From the NCBI GenBank assembly GCA_038087875.1, contig JAXLNO010000081.1, forward strand, positions 1 through 64,000: a stretch of DNA of 64,000 nucleotides. The letters are read 5' to 3'. Origin of the DNA: Malacoraja senta (taxonomy: Eukaryota). The number at the start of each line of letters is the position of its first letter. Within the stretch, counting starts at the first letter, position 1. The notes under the pieces were generated by a model. That model was not told the DNA's origin and searched no databases. It was given only the letters and a program-made list of their open reading frames with translations. The translations under genes were made by a program, and so were the position numbers. This document shows positions 52,001 to 64,000 of the stretch, one piece after another.

Positions 52001-53962
52001 CTGTGGGAGAAACAGAGTGCTGTGAGTAATATTTGATGACGATTTCAAAAATAAGCATTAACTCAGTCGTATACCGTTTATTTTGTAACTAAGGAATCTT
52101 GGTGTCTACCAATAACAGTGGAGAAAAAAAGTATGCGATGACAAGTTATCGGATCGGGCCCAAATCATCACAACGTAAAAATACACCCCGAAGTCAGGGA
52201 AGGCAGGATGCAAACTTACAGCAATTAGGTTTGGGGTGTATTTTGTTCACTTATGTTCACCCCAAACCAAGAAGCATATGGTGGTTTTAGAAAGAGTGCA
52301 GAAGATGTTGACCAGTATTATCCATGAGTGGTGGGTACGATCTACAGGTTAGAAAACATATCTAACCCAATCTAAACCGAAATGCACTAAACTAAATTAA
52401 AATCCACTCAACTGCACACATCTCAATGCAACTCAACACAATTCACCACAACTCAACTGCAGCAAACACAAATCAACTCACCTGCACTTAACTCAACTCT
52501 GCTGCACCATACGCAACGCAGCTGCACTAAACTCATCTCCTGAACTGCACGAACATTATCAAAACTACACTTAACCCAACTCAACTGCACGAAACTCAAC
52601 TCGGAGAAGATGCACTGACATCGATATGAATAAAGACTGGATAGACTCGGCTTGTACTCGCTAGAATTTAGAAGATTGAGGCGGGATCTTATAGAAACTG
52701 ATAACATTCTTAAGGGTTTGGACAGGCTAGAGGCAGGAAGATTATTCCCGATGTTGGGGAAGTCCAGAACAAGGGGTCACAGTTTAAGGATAAGGGGGGA
52801 GTCTTATAGGACCGAGATGAGAAAATCATTTTTTGCACAGAGTGTGGTGAATCTGTGGAATTCTCTGCCACAGAAGGTAGTTGAGGCCAGTTCATTGGCT
52901 ATATTTAAGAGGGAGTTAGATGTGGCCCTTGTGGCTAAAGGGATCAGGGGGTATGGAGAGAAGGCAGGTACGGGATACTGAGTTGGATGATCAGCCATGA
53001 TCATATTGAATGGCGGTGCAGGCTCGAAGGGCCGAATGGCCTACTCCTCCACCTATTTTCTATGTATCTGTGTATGAATGGTGGTGCAGGCTCGAAGGGC
53101 CGAATGGCCTACTCCTGCACCTATTTCCTATGTTTCTATGTTCTTGTCGTATCCACTTGACCATCCTGTGGGAGAAACAGGTTAGCGTGAATAATATTGC
53201 ATCACATGAATTCAGAAATGAACGTTTTAACTCATTAATATACAGTTTACTTCGTAGCTAAGGAATCTTGGAGTCTACCTGAACCTGTGGAGAAAGAACA
53301 AACTCAACTGCAGTACACTCTACTACAATAAACAGATCAACTAAATTGCAACTAACTCAACTTTATTAAACTCAACTGCACGAATCTCAACATAACTCAA
53401 ATACACTAAACTCAACCCAACTACACTAAATTCAACTCAACTGCACAGAAAACTCAACTGCACTAACCTCAACCATTTGCAGCCAACACAACTGCACTAA
53501 AAGCTCAACAACATGCACTCAACTTTCTTTACTCAAATCAACTCTACTGAACGCAACTCAACTCTACTAAACTCAACCCAATTGCATTCAACACAACTGC
53601 GCTAAACTCCTCAACTGCATGAACGTAACTACATAAATCCAACTCAACTCAATTGGATTAAACTCAACTGCACTAAACTCAGCTAAATTCAACTCAAATG
53701 AACTAAACTCAACTCATCACAAAAACAACAGCCGCGTTGTTCCCTGGGATTCCTGCTTCATTCACTACCTTTTCCCTCCTTGTAAAGCCAACCGTGAGGG
53801 AATTCTGCTCCGCTCACTGACGGGAGCGCCATTGGCAAGTCGTCGTCATGGATCATTAACCCTGGTCCTTTAGCCATCTGCGGTATTCTAACATTGACTG
53901 TCATCTGTCCATCAGTGCTTTGTGGATTAAGTGAAGAATGTATTAAACTACTTTATATTTAC

Positions 53963-53998
53963 CGTAGCCTCCGTTCTTATCGTATCCACTTGACCCTC
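53963..53998 (-). CDS. Putative 36-nt microexon H (GGSSGYDKNGGY)
   Basis: Intact cag acceptor and gtaaat donor. Confidence 0.5.
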
Positions 53999-55957
53999 CT
54001 GTGGGAGAAACAGACTGCTGTGAGTAATATTTGATGACGATTTCAGAAATAAGCATTAACTCAGTCATACCGTTTATTTTGTAGCTAAGGAATCTTGGTG
54101 TCTACCAATACCAGTGGAGAATAAAACTATGCGATGACAAGTTATCGGATCGGGCCCAAACCATCACAACCTAAATATACACCCCGAAGTCAGGGAAGGC
54201 AGGATGCAAACTTACGGCAATTAGGTTTGGGGTGTATTTTGTTCACATATGTTCACCCCAAAACAAGAAGCATATGGTGGTTTTAGAAAGAGCGCAGAAG
54301 ATATTGACCAGTATTATCCCAGAGTGGTGGGTACGATCTACAGGTTAGAAAACATATCTAAACCAATCTAAACCGAAATGCACTAAACTAAATTAAAATC
54401 CACTCAACTGCACACATCTCAACGCAATTCACCACAACTCAACTGCAGCAAACACAAATCAACTCACCTGCACTTAACTCAACTCTGCGGCACCATACGC
54501 AACGCAGCTGCACTAAACTCATCTCCTGAACTGCACGAACATCATCAAAACTACACTTAACCCAACTCAACTGCACGAAACTCAACTCAGAGAAGATGCA
54601 ATGACATCGATATGAATAAAGACTGGATAGACTCGGCTTGTACTCGCTAGAATTTAGAAGATTGAGGCGGGATCTTACAGAAACTTATAACATTCTTAAG
54701 GGTTCGGACAGGCTAGATGCAGGAAGATGATTCCAGATGTTGGGGAAGTCCAGAACAAGGGGTCACAGTTTAAGGATAAGGGGGAAGTCTTTTAGGACCG
54801 AGATGAGAAAATCATTTTTTACACAGAGAGTGGTGAATCTGTGGAATTCTCTTCCACAGAAGGTAGTTGAGGCCATATTGGCAATATTTAAGAGGGAGTT
54901 AGATGTGGCCCTTGTGGCTAAAGGGATCAGGGGGTATGGAGAGAAGGCAGGTACGGGATACTGAGTTGGACGATCAGCCATGATCATATTGAATGGCGGT
55001 GCAGGCTCGAAGGGCCGTATGGCCTACTCCTCCACCTATTTTCTATGTATCTGTGTATGAATGGCGGTGCAGGCTCGAAGGGCCGAATGGCCTACTCCTG
55101 CACCTATTTCCTTTGTTTCTATGTTCTTGTCGTATCCACTTGACCATCCTGTGGGAGAAACAGGTTAGCGTGAATAATATTGCATGACATGAATTCAGAA
55201 ATGAACGTTTTAACTCATTAATATACAGTTTACTTCGTAGCTAAGGAATCTTGGAGTCTACCTGAACCTGTGGAGAAAGAACGAACTCAACTGCAGTACA
55301 CTCTACTACAATAAACAGATCAACTAAATTGCAACTAACTCAACTGTATTAAACTCAACTGCACGAATCACAAAAACAACAGCAACATAACTCAACTATA
55401 CTAAACTCAACTCAACTACACTAAATTCAACTCAACTGCACAGAAAACTCAACTGCACTAACCTCAACCATTTGCATTCAACACAACTGCACTAAAAACT
55501 CAACAACATGCACTCAACTTTCTTTACTCAAATCAACTCCACTGAACGCAACTCAACTCTACTAAACTCAACCCAATAGCATTCAACACAACTGCGCTAA
55601 ACTCCTCAACTGCATGAACGTAACTACATAAATCGAACTCAACTCAATTGGATTAAACTCAACTGCACTAAACTCAGCTAAATTCAACTCAACTGAACTA
55701 AACTCAACTCATCACAAAAACAACAGCCGCGTTGTTCACTGGGATTCCTGCTTCATTCACTACCTTTTCCCTCCTTGTAAAGCCAACCGTGAGGGAATTC
55801 TGCTCCGCTCACTGACGGGAGCGCCATTGGCAAGTCGTCGTCATGGATCATTAACCCTGTTCCTTTAGCCATCTGCGGTATTCTAACATTGACTGTCATC
55901 TGTCCATCAGTGCTTTGTGGATTAAGTGAAGGATGTATTAAACTACTTTATATTTAC

Positions 55958-55993
55958 CGTAGCCTCCTTTCTTATCGTATCCACTTGACCCTC
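55958..55993 (-). CDS. Putative 36-nt microexon I (GGSSGYDKKGGY)
   Basis: Intact cag acceptor and gtaaat donor. Confidence 0.5.
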
Positions 55994-57960
55994 CTGTGGG
56001 AGAAACAGACTGCTGTGAGTAATATTTGATGACGATTTCAGAAATAAGCATTAACTCAGTCGTATACCGTTTATTTTGTAGCTAAGGAATCTTGGTGTCT
56101 ACCAATACCAGTGGAGAAAAAAAGTATGCGATGACAAGTTATCGGATCGGGCCCAAACCATCACAACCTAAATATACACCCCGAAGTCAGGGAAGGCAGG
56201 ATGCAAACTTACAGCAATTAGGTTTGCGGTGTATTTTGTTCACATATGTTCACCCCAAAACAAGAAGCATATGGTGGTTTTAGAAGGAGCGCAGAAGATG
56301 TTGACCAGTATTATCCCAGAGTGGTGGGTACGATCTACAGGTTAGAAAACATATCTAAACCAATCTAAACCGAAATGCACTAAACTAAATTAAAATCCAC
56401 TCAACTGCACACATCTCAATGCAACTCAACACAATTCACCACAACTCCACTGCAGCAAACACAAATCAACTCACCTGCACTTAACTCAACTCTGCTGCAC
56501 CATACGCAACGCAGCTGCACTGAACACATCTCCTGAACTGCACGAACATTATCAAAACTACACTTAACCCAACTCAACTGCGTGAAACTCAACTCGGAGA
56601 AGATGCACTGACATCGATATGAATAAAGACTGGATAGACTCGGCTTGTACTCGCTAGAATTTAGAAGATTGAGGCGGGATCTTATAGAAACTTATAACAT
56701 TCTTAAGGGTTTGGACAGGCTAGAGGCAGGAAGATTATTCCCGATGTTGGGGAAGTCCAGAACAAGGGGTCACAGTTTAAGGATAAGGGGGGAGTCTTAT
56801 AGGACCGAGATGAGAAAATCATTTTTTGCACAGAGAGTGGTGAATCTGTGGAATTCTCTGCCACAGAAGGTAGTTGAGGCCAGTTCATTGGCTATATTTA
56901 AGAGGGAGTTAGATGTGGCCCTTGTGGCTAAAGGGATCAGGGGGTATGGAGAGAAGGCAGGTACGGGATACTGAGTTGGATGATCAGCCATGATCATATT
57001 GAATGGCGGTGCAGGCTCGAAGGGCCGAATGGCCTACTCCTGCACCTATTTTCTATGTTTCTATGTTTCTATAATCTCAACTGCGGTTAACAGAAATAAA
57101 CTCACCTTCACTTAACTCAACTCAGCTGCACCATGCGCAACGCAGCTGCACTAAACTCATCTCCTCAACTGCACGAACATCAACAAAACTACACGTAACC
57201 CAACTCAACTGCACTAAACCAACTGCAGCAAACTCAACTCAGAATAACTGCACTAACATCAACACAACTGCATTAAACTACACTCAGCTGCATTGAACTT
57301 GACTCAAGTCCATCATACTAAAATCACCTGCACTAAACCCAACTCAACTGCAATTAAACCATCGCAACTCAACTGCAGCACACTCTACTGCAATAAACAA
57401 ATCAACTAAATTGCAACTAACTCAACTGTATTAAACTCAACTGCACAAATCTCAACTACACTAAAGTCAACCATTTGCATTCAACACAACTGCACTAAAA
57501 ACTCAACAGCATGAACTCAACTCTCTTTACTCAAATCAACTCAACTGAACGCAACTCAACTCTACTAAACTCAACCCAATTGCATTCAACACAACTGCGC
57601 TAAACTCCTCAACTGCATGAACGTAACTACATAAATCCAACTCAACTCAATTGGATTAAACTCAACTGCACTAAACTCAGCTAAATTCAACTCAACTGAA
57701 CTAAACTCAACTCATCACAAAAACCACAGCCGTGTTGTTCCCTGGGATTCCTGCTTCATTCACTACCTTTTCCCTCCTTGTAAAGCCAACCGTGAGGGAA
57801 TTCTGCTCCGCTCACTGACGGGGGCGCCATTGGCAGGTCGTCGTCATGGATCATTAACCCTGGTCCTTTAGCCGTCTGCGGTATTCTAACATTGACTGTC
57901 ATCTGTCCATCAGTGCTTTGTGGATTAAGTGAAGAATGTATTAAACTACATTATATTTAA

Positions 57961-57996
57961 CGTAGCCTCCGTTCTTATCGTATCCACTTGACCCTC
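57961..57996 (-). pseudogene. Microexon copy J, donor mutated GT>TT
   Basis: ...GGCTACG|ttaaat. Confidence 0.55.
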
Positions 57997-60011
57997 CTGT
58001 GGGAGAAACGGACTGCTGTGAGTAATATTTGATGACGATTTCAGAAATAAGCATTAACTCAGTCGTATACCGATTATTTTGTAGCTAAGGAATCTTGGTG
58101 TCTACCAATACCAGTGGAGAAAAAAGTATGCGATGACAAGTTATCGGATCGGGCCCAAACCATCACAATCTAAAAATACACCCCGAAGTCAGGGAAGGCA
58201 GGATGCAAACTTACAGCAATTAGGTTTGGGGTGTATTTTGTTCACTTATGTTCACCCCAAACCAAGAAGCATATGGTGGTTTTGGAAAGAGCTCAGAAGA
58301 TGTTGACCAGTATTATCCCAGAGTGGTGGGTACGATCTACAGGTTAGAAAACATATCTAAACCAATCCAAACCGAAATGCACTAAACTAAATTAAAATCC
58401 ACTCAACTGCACACATCTCAACGCAATTCACCACAACTCAACTGCAGCAAACACAAATCAACTCACCTGCACTTAACTCAACTCTGCTGCACCATACGCA
58501 ACGCAGCTGCACTAAACTCATCTCCTGAACTGCACGAACATCATCAAAACTACACTTAATCCAACTCAACTGCTCGAAACTCAACTCAGAGAAGATGCAA
58601 TGACATCGATATGAATAAAGACTGGATAGACTCGGCTTGTACTCGCTAGAATTTAGAAGATTGAGGCGGGATCTTATAGAAACTTATAACATTCTTAAGG
58701 GTTTGGACAGGCTAGAGGCAGGAAGATGATTCCCGATGTTGGGGAAGTCCAGAACAAGGGGTCACAGTTTAAGGATAAGGGGGAAGTCTTTTAGGACCGA
58801 GATGAGAAAATCATTTTTTACACAGAGAGTGGTGAATCTGTGGAATTCTCTTCCACAGAAGGTAGTTGAGGCCACATTGGCAATATTTAAGAGGGAGTTA
58901 GATGTGGCCCTTGTGGCTAAAGGGATCAGGGGGTATGGAGAGAAGGCAGGTACGGGATACGGAGTTGGATGATCAGCCATGATCATATTGAATGGCGGTG
59001 CAGGCTCGAAGGGCCGAATGGCCTACTCCTGCACCTATTTTCTATGTTTCTATGTTTCTATAATCTCAACTGCGGTAAACAGAAATAAACTGACATTCAC
59101 TTAACTCAACTCAGCTGCACCATGCGCAACGCAGCTGCACTAAACTCATCTCCTCAACTGCAAGAACATCAACAAAACTACACGTAACCCAACTCAACTG
59201 CACTAAACCAACTGCACTAAACTCAACTCTGAATAACTGCACTAACATCAACACAACTGCATTAAACTACACTCAACTGCATTGAACTTGACTCAAGTCC
59301 ACCATACTAAAATCAACTGCATTAAACCCAACTCACCTGCACTTAAACCATCCCAACTCAACTGCAGTACACTCTACTGCAATAAACAAATCAACTAAAT
59401 TGAAACTAACTCAACTGTATTAAACTCAACTGCACGAACCTCAACGTAACTCAACTACACTAAACTCAACTCAACTACACTAAACTCAACTCAACTGCAT
59501 AGAAAACGCAACTGCACTAACCTCAACCATTTGCATTCAACACAACTGCACTAAAAACTCAACAACATGAACTCAACTCTCTTTACTCAAATCAACTCCA
59601 CTGAACGCCACTCAACTCTACTAAACTCAACTCAATTGCATTCAACACAACTGCGCTACACTCCTCAACTGCATGAACGTAACTACATAAATCCAACTCA
59701 ACTGGATTGAACTCAACTGCACTAAACTCAGCTAAATTCAACTCAACTGAACTAAACTCAACTCATAACAAAAACAACAGCCGTGTTGTACCCTGGGATT
59801 CCTGCTTCATTCACTACCTTTTCCCTCCTTGTAAAGCCAACCGTGAGGGAATTCTGCTCCGCTCACTGACGGGGGCACCATTGGCAGGTCGTCGTCATGG
59901 ATCATTAACCCTGGTCCTTTAGCCGTCTGCGGTATTCTAACATTGACTGTCATCTGTCCATCAGTGCTTTGTGGATTAAGTGAAGAATGTATTAAACTAC
60001 ATTATATTTAA

Positions 60012-60047
60012 CGTAGCCTCCGTTCTTATCGTATCCACTTGACCCTC
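60012..60047 (-). pseudogene. Microexon copy K, donor mutated GT>TT
   Basis: ...GGCTACG|ttaaat. Confidence 0.55.
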
Positions 60048-62062
60048 CTGTGGGAGAAACGGACTGCTGTGAGTAATATTTGATGACGATTTCAGAAATA
60101 AGCATTAACTCAGTCGTATACCGATTATTTTGTAGCTAAGGAATCTTAGTGTCTACCAATACCAGTGGAGAAAAAAGTATGCGATGACAAGTTATCGGAT
60201 CGGGCCCAAACCATCACAATCTAAAAATACACCCCGAAGTCAGGGAAGGCAGGATGCAAACTTACAGCAATTAGGTTTGGGGTGTATTTTGTTCACTTAT
60301 GTTCACCCCAAACCAAGAAGCATATGGTGGTTTTGGAAAGAGCTCAGAAGATGTTGACCAGTATTATCCCAGAGTGGTGGGTACGATCTACAGGTTAGAA
60401 AACATATCTAAACCAATCCAAACCGAAATGCATTAAACTAAATTAAAATCCACTCAACTGCACACATCTCAACGCAATTCACCACAACTCAACTGCAGCA
60501 AACACAAATCAACTCACCTGCACTTAACTCAACTCTGCTGCACCATACGCAACGCAGCTGCACTAAACTCATCTCCTGAACTGCACGAACATCATCAAAA
60601 CTACACTTAATCCAACTCAACTGCTCGAAACTCAACTCAGAGAAGATGCAATGACATCGATATGAATAAAGACTGGATAGACTCGGCTTGTACTCGCTAG
60701 AATTTAGAAGATTGAGGCGGGATCTTATAGAAACTTATAACATTCTTAAGGGTTTGGACAGGCTAGAGGCAGGAAGATGATTCCCGATGTTGGGGAAGTC
60801 CAGAACAAGGGGTCACAGTTTAAGGATAAGGGGGAAGTCTTTTAGGACCGAGATGAGAAAATCATTTTTTACACAGAGAGTGGTGAATCTGTGGAATTCT
60901 CTTCCACAGAAGGTAGTTGAGGCCACATTGGCAATATTTAAGAGGGAGTTAGATGTGGCCCTTGTGGCTAAAGGGATCAGGGGGTATGGAGAGAAGGCAG
61001 GTACGGGATACGGAGTTGGATGATCAGCCATGATCATATTGAATGGCGGTGCAGGCTCGAAGGGCCGAATGGCCTACTCCTGCACCTATTTTCTATGTTT
61101 CTATGTTTCTATAATCTCAACTGCGGTAAACAGAAATAAACTGACATTCACTTAACTCAACTCAGCTGCACCATGCGCAACGCAGCTGCACTAAACTAAT
61201 CTCCTCAACTGCAAGAACATCAACAAAACTACACGTAACCCAACTCAACTGCACTAAACCAACTGCACTAAACTCAACTCTGAATAACTGCACTAACATC
61301 AACACAACTGCATTAAACTACACTCAACTGCATTGAACTTGACTCAAGTCCACCATACTAAAATCAACTGCATTAAACCCAACTCACCTGCACTTAAACC
61401 ATCCCAACTCAACTGCAGTACACTCTACTGCAATAAACAAATCAACTAAATTGAAACTAACTCAACTGTATTAAACTCAACTGCACGAACCTCAACGTAA
61501 CTCAACTACACTAAACTCAACTCAACTACACTAAACTCAACTCAACTGCATAGAAAACGCAACTGCACTAACCTCAACCATTTGCATTCAACACAACTGC
61601 ACTAAAAACTCAACAACATGAACTCAACTCTCTTTACTCAAATCAACTCCACTGAACGCCACTCAACTCTACTAAACTCAACTCAATTGCATTCAACACA
61701 ACTGCGCTACACTCCTCAACTGCATGAACGTAACTACATAAATCCAACTCAACTGGATTGAACTCAACTGCACTAAACTCAGCTAAATTCAACTCAACTG
61801 AACTAAACTCAACTCATAACAAAAACAACAGCCGTGTTGTACCCTGGGATTCCTGCTTCATTCACTACCTTTGCCCTCCTTGTAAAGCCAACCGTGAGGG
61901 AATTCTGCTCCGCTCACTGACGGGGGCACCATTGGCAGGTCGTCGACATGGATCATTAACCCTGGTCCTTTAGCCGTCTGCGGTATTCTAACATTGACTG
62001 TCATCTGTCCATCAGTGCTTTGTGGATTAAGTGAAGAATGTATTAAACTACATTATATTTAA

Positions 62063-62098
62063 CGTAGCCTCCGTTCTTATCGTATCCACTTGACCCTC
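62063..62098 (-). pseudogene. Microexon copy L, donor mutated GT>TT
   Basis: ...GGCTACG|ttaaat. Confidence 0.55.
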
Positions 62099-64000
62099 CT
62101 GTGGGAGAAACAGACTGCTGTGAGGAGTATTTGATGACGATTTCAGAAATAAGCATTAACTCAGTCGTATACCGTTTATTTTGTAGCTAAGGTATCTTGG
62201 TGTCTACCAATACCAGTACAGAAAAAAGTAGGCGATGACAAGTTATCGGATCGGGCCCAAACCATCACAACCTAAAAATACACCCCGAAGTCAGGGAAGG
62301 CAGGATGCAAACTTACAGCAATTAGGTTTGGGGTGTATTTTGTTAACTTAAGTTCACCCCAAACCAAGAAGCATATGGTGGTTTTAGAAAGAGCGCAGAA
62401 GATGTTGACCAGTATTATCCCAGAGTGGTGGGTACGATCTAGAGGTTAGAAAACATATCTAAACCGATCTAAACCGAAATGCACTAAACTAAATTAAAAT
62501 CCACTCAACTGCACACATCTCAACGCAACTCAGCGCAATTCACCAAAACTCAACTGCAGCAAACACGAATCAACTCACCTGCACTTAACTCAACTCTGCT
62601 GCACCATACGCAACGCAGCTGCACTAAACTCATCTCCTGAACTGCACGAACATCATCAAAACTACACTTAACCCAACTCAACTGCACGAAACTCAACTCA
62701 GAGAAGATGCAATGACATCGATATGAATAAAGACTGGATAGACTCGGCTTGTACTCGCTAGCATTTAGAAGATTGTGGTGGGATCTTATAGAAACTTATA
62801 ACATTCTTAAGGGTTTGGACAGGCTAGATGCAGGAAGATGATTCCCGATGCTGGGGAAGTCCAGAACAAGGGGGTCACAGTTTAAGGATAAGGGGGGAGT
62901 CTTTTAGGACCGAGATGCGAAAATCATTTTTTACACAGAGAGTGGTGAATCTGTGGAATTCTCTTCCACAGAAAGTAGTTGCGGCCATATTGGCTATATT
63001 TAAGAGGGAGTTAGATGTGGCCCTTGTGGTTAAAGGGATCAGGGGGTATGGAGAGAAGGCAGGTACGGGATACTGAGTTGGATGATCAGCCATGATCATA
63101 TTGAATGGCGGTGCAGGCTCGAAGGGGCGAATGGCCTACTCCTCCACCTATTTTCTATGTATCTGTATATGAATGGCGGTGCAGGCTCGAAGGGCCGAAT
63201 GGCCTACTCCTGCACCTATTTCCTATGTTTCTATGTTCTTGTCGTGTCCACTTGACCATCCTGTTGGAGAAACAGGTTAGCGTGAATAATATTGCATGAC
63301 ATGAATTCAGAAATGAACGTTTTAACTCAGTAATATACAGTTTACTTCGTAGCTAAGGAATCTTGGAGTCTACCTGAACCTGTGGAGAAAGAACGAACTC
63401 AACTGCAGTACACTCTACTGCAATAAACAAATCAACTAAATTGCAACTAACTCAACTGTATTAAACTCAACTGCACGAATCTCAACTCAGAGAAGATGCA
63501 CTGACATCGATATGAATAAAGACTGGATAGACTCGGCTTGTACTCGCTAGAATTTAGAAGATTGAGGCGGGATCTTATAGAAACTTATAACATTCTTAAG
63601 GGTTTGGACAGGCTAGATGCAGGAAGATTATTCCCGATGTTGGGGAAGTCCAGAACAAGGGGTCACAGTTTAAGGATAAGGGCGAAGTCTTTTAGGACCG
63701 AGATGAGAAAATCATTTTTTACACAGAGAGTGGTGATTCTGTGGAATTCTCTGCCACAGAAGGTAGTTGAGGCCAGTTCATTCGCAATATTTAAGAGGGG
63801 GTTAGATGTGGCCCTTGTGGCTAAAGGGATCAGGGGGTATGGAGAGAAGGCAGGTACAGGATACGGAGTTGGATGATCAGCCATGATCATATTGAATGGC
63901 GGTGCAGGCTCGAAGGGCCGAATCGCCTACTCCTGCACCTATTTTCTACGGATCTATGTTTCTATAATCTCAACTGCGGTAAACAGAAATAAACTCACAT

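Larger units (their letters stand above)
48650..64000. repeat. ~2-kb tandem array (at least 7 units, continuing past the window): CR1 3' end + pentamer satellite + microexon cassette + old CR1 relic
   Basis: Exon copies start at 49980, 51965, 53963, 55958, 57961, 60012 and 62063, giving periods of 1985-2051 bp. Confidence 0.97.

Noticed and set aside
49636..61973. Repeated plus-strand ORFs (NSTELNSTH...SLTLVL; MVSTNNSGEKK...)
   Set aside because: They start in satellite or at non-ATG codons and are not kept open in the older diverged cassettes; their recurrence reflects the tandem array only.
34531..62098. Cassettes as immunoglobulin/TCR J or D segments
   Set aside because: No heptamer/nonamer recombination signal with 12/23 spacing and no FGxG/WGxG motif. 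The conserved cacag is part of a polypyrimidine splice acceptor.

Overview
Eukaryotic, repeat-saturated vertebrate DNA. It is most likely from a cartilaginous fish (skate/ray type), inferred from the mix of CR1 LINEs, V-SINEs and Penelope elements. There are no prokaryotic-style genes, and nearly all ORF-track ORFs are transposon remnants or microsatellite artefacts. Bases 1-34 kb are nested repeat debris: RTE, many CR1 copies, a 5'-truncated L1-clade element, Rex1/Babar fragments, SINEs, Penelope fragments with hammerhead-ribozyme-like cores, a TIR element, a non-autonomous Helitron with internal minisatellites and a 2-kb GACA/GATA microsatellite. From about 34.3 kb to the end there is a minus-strand cassette repeated 12 times. 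Each copy has a polypyrimidine acceptor (tgtttctcccacag), a 36-nt exon (42 nt in one copy) and a donor (gtaaat or gtaagt where intact). In phase 1 these exons read as Gly/Ser/Tyr-rich 12-mers such as GGSSGYDKNGGY, and a possible 6-nt companion microexon lies upstream. One exon is split by a nested CR1/CR1/Tc1 insertion, and from about 48.7 kb the cassette is amplified in a ~2-kb tandem array apparently seeded by CR1-CR1 recombination. Expression, reading phase and gene identity cannot be established from this window.
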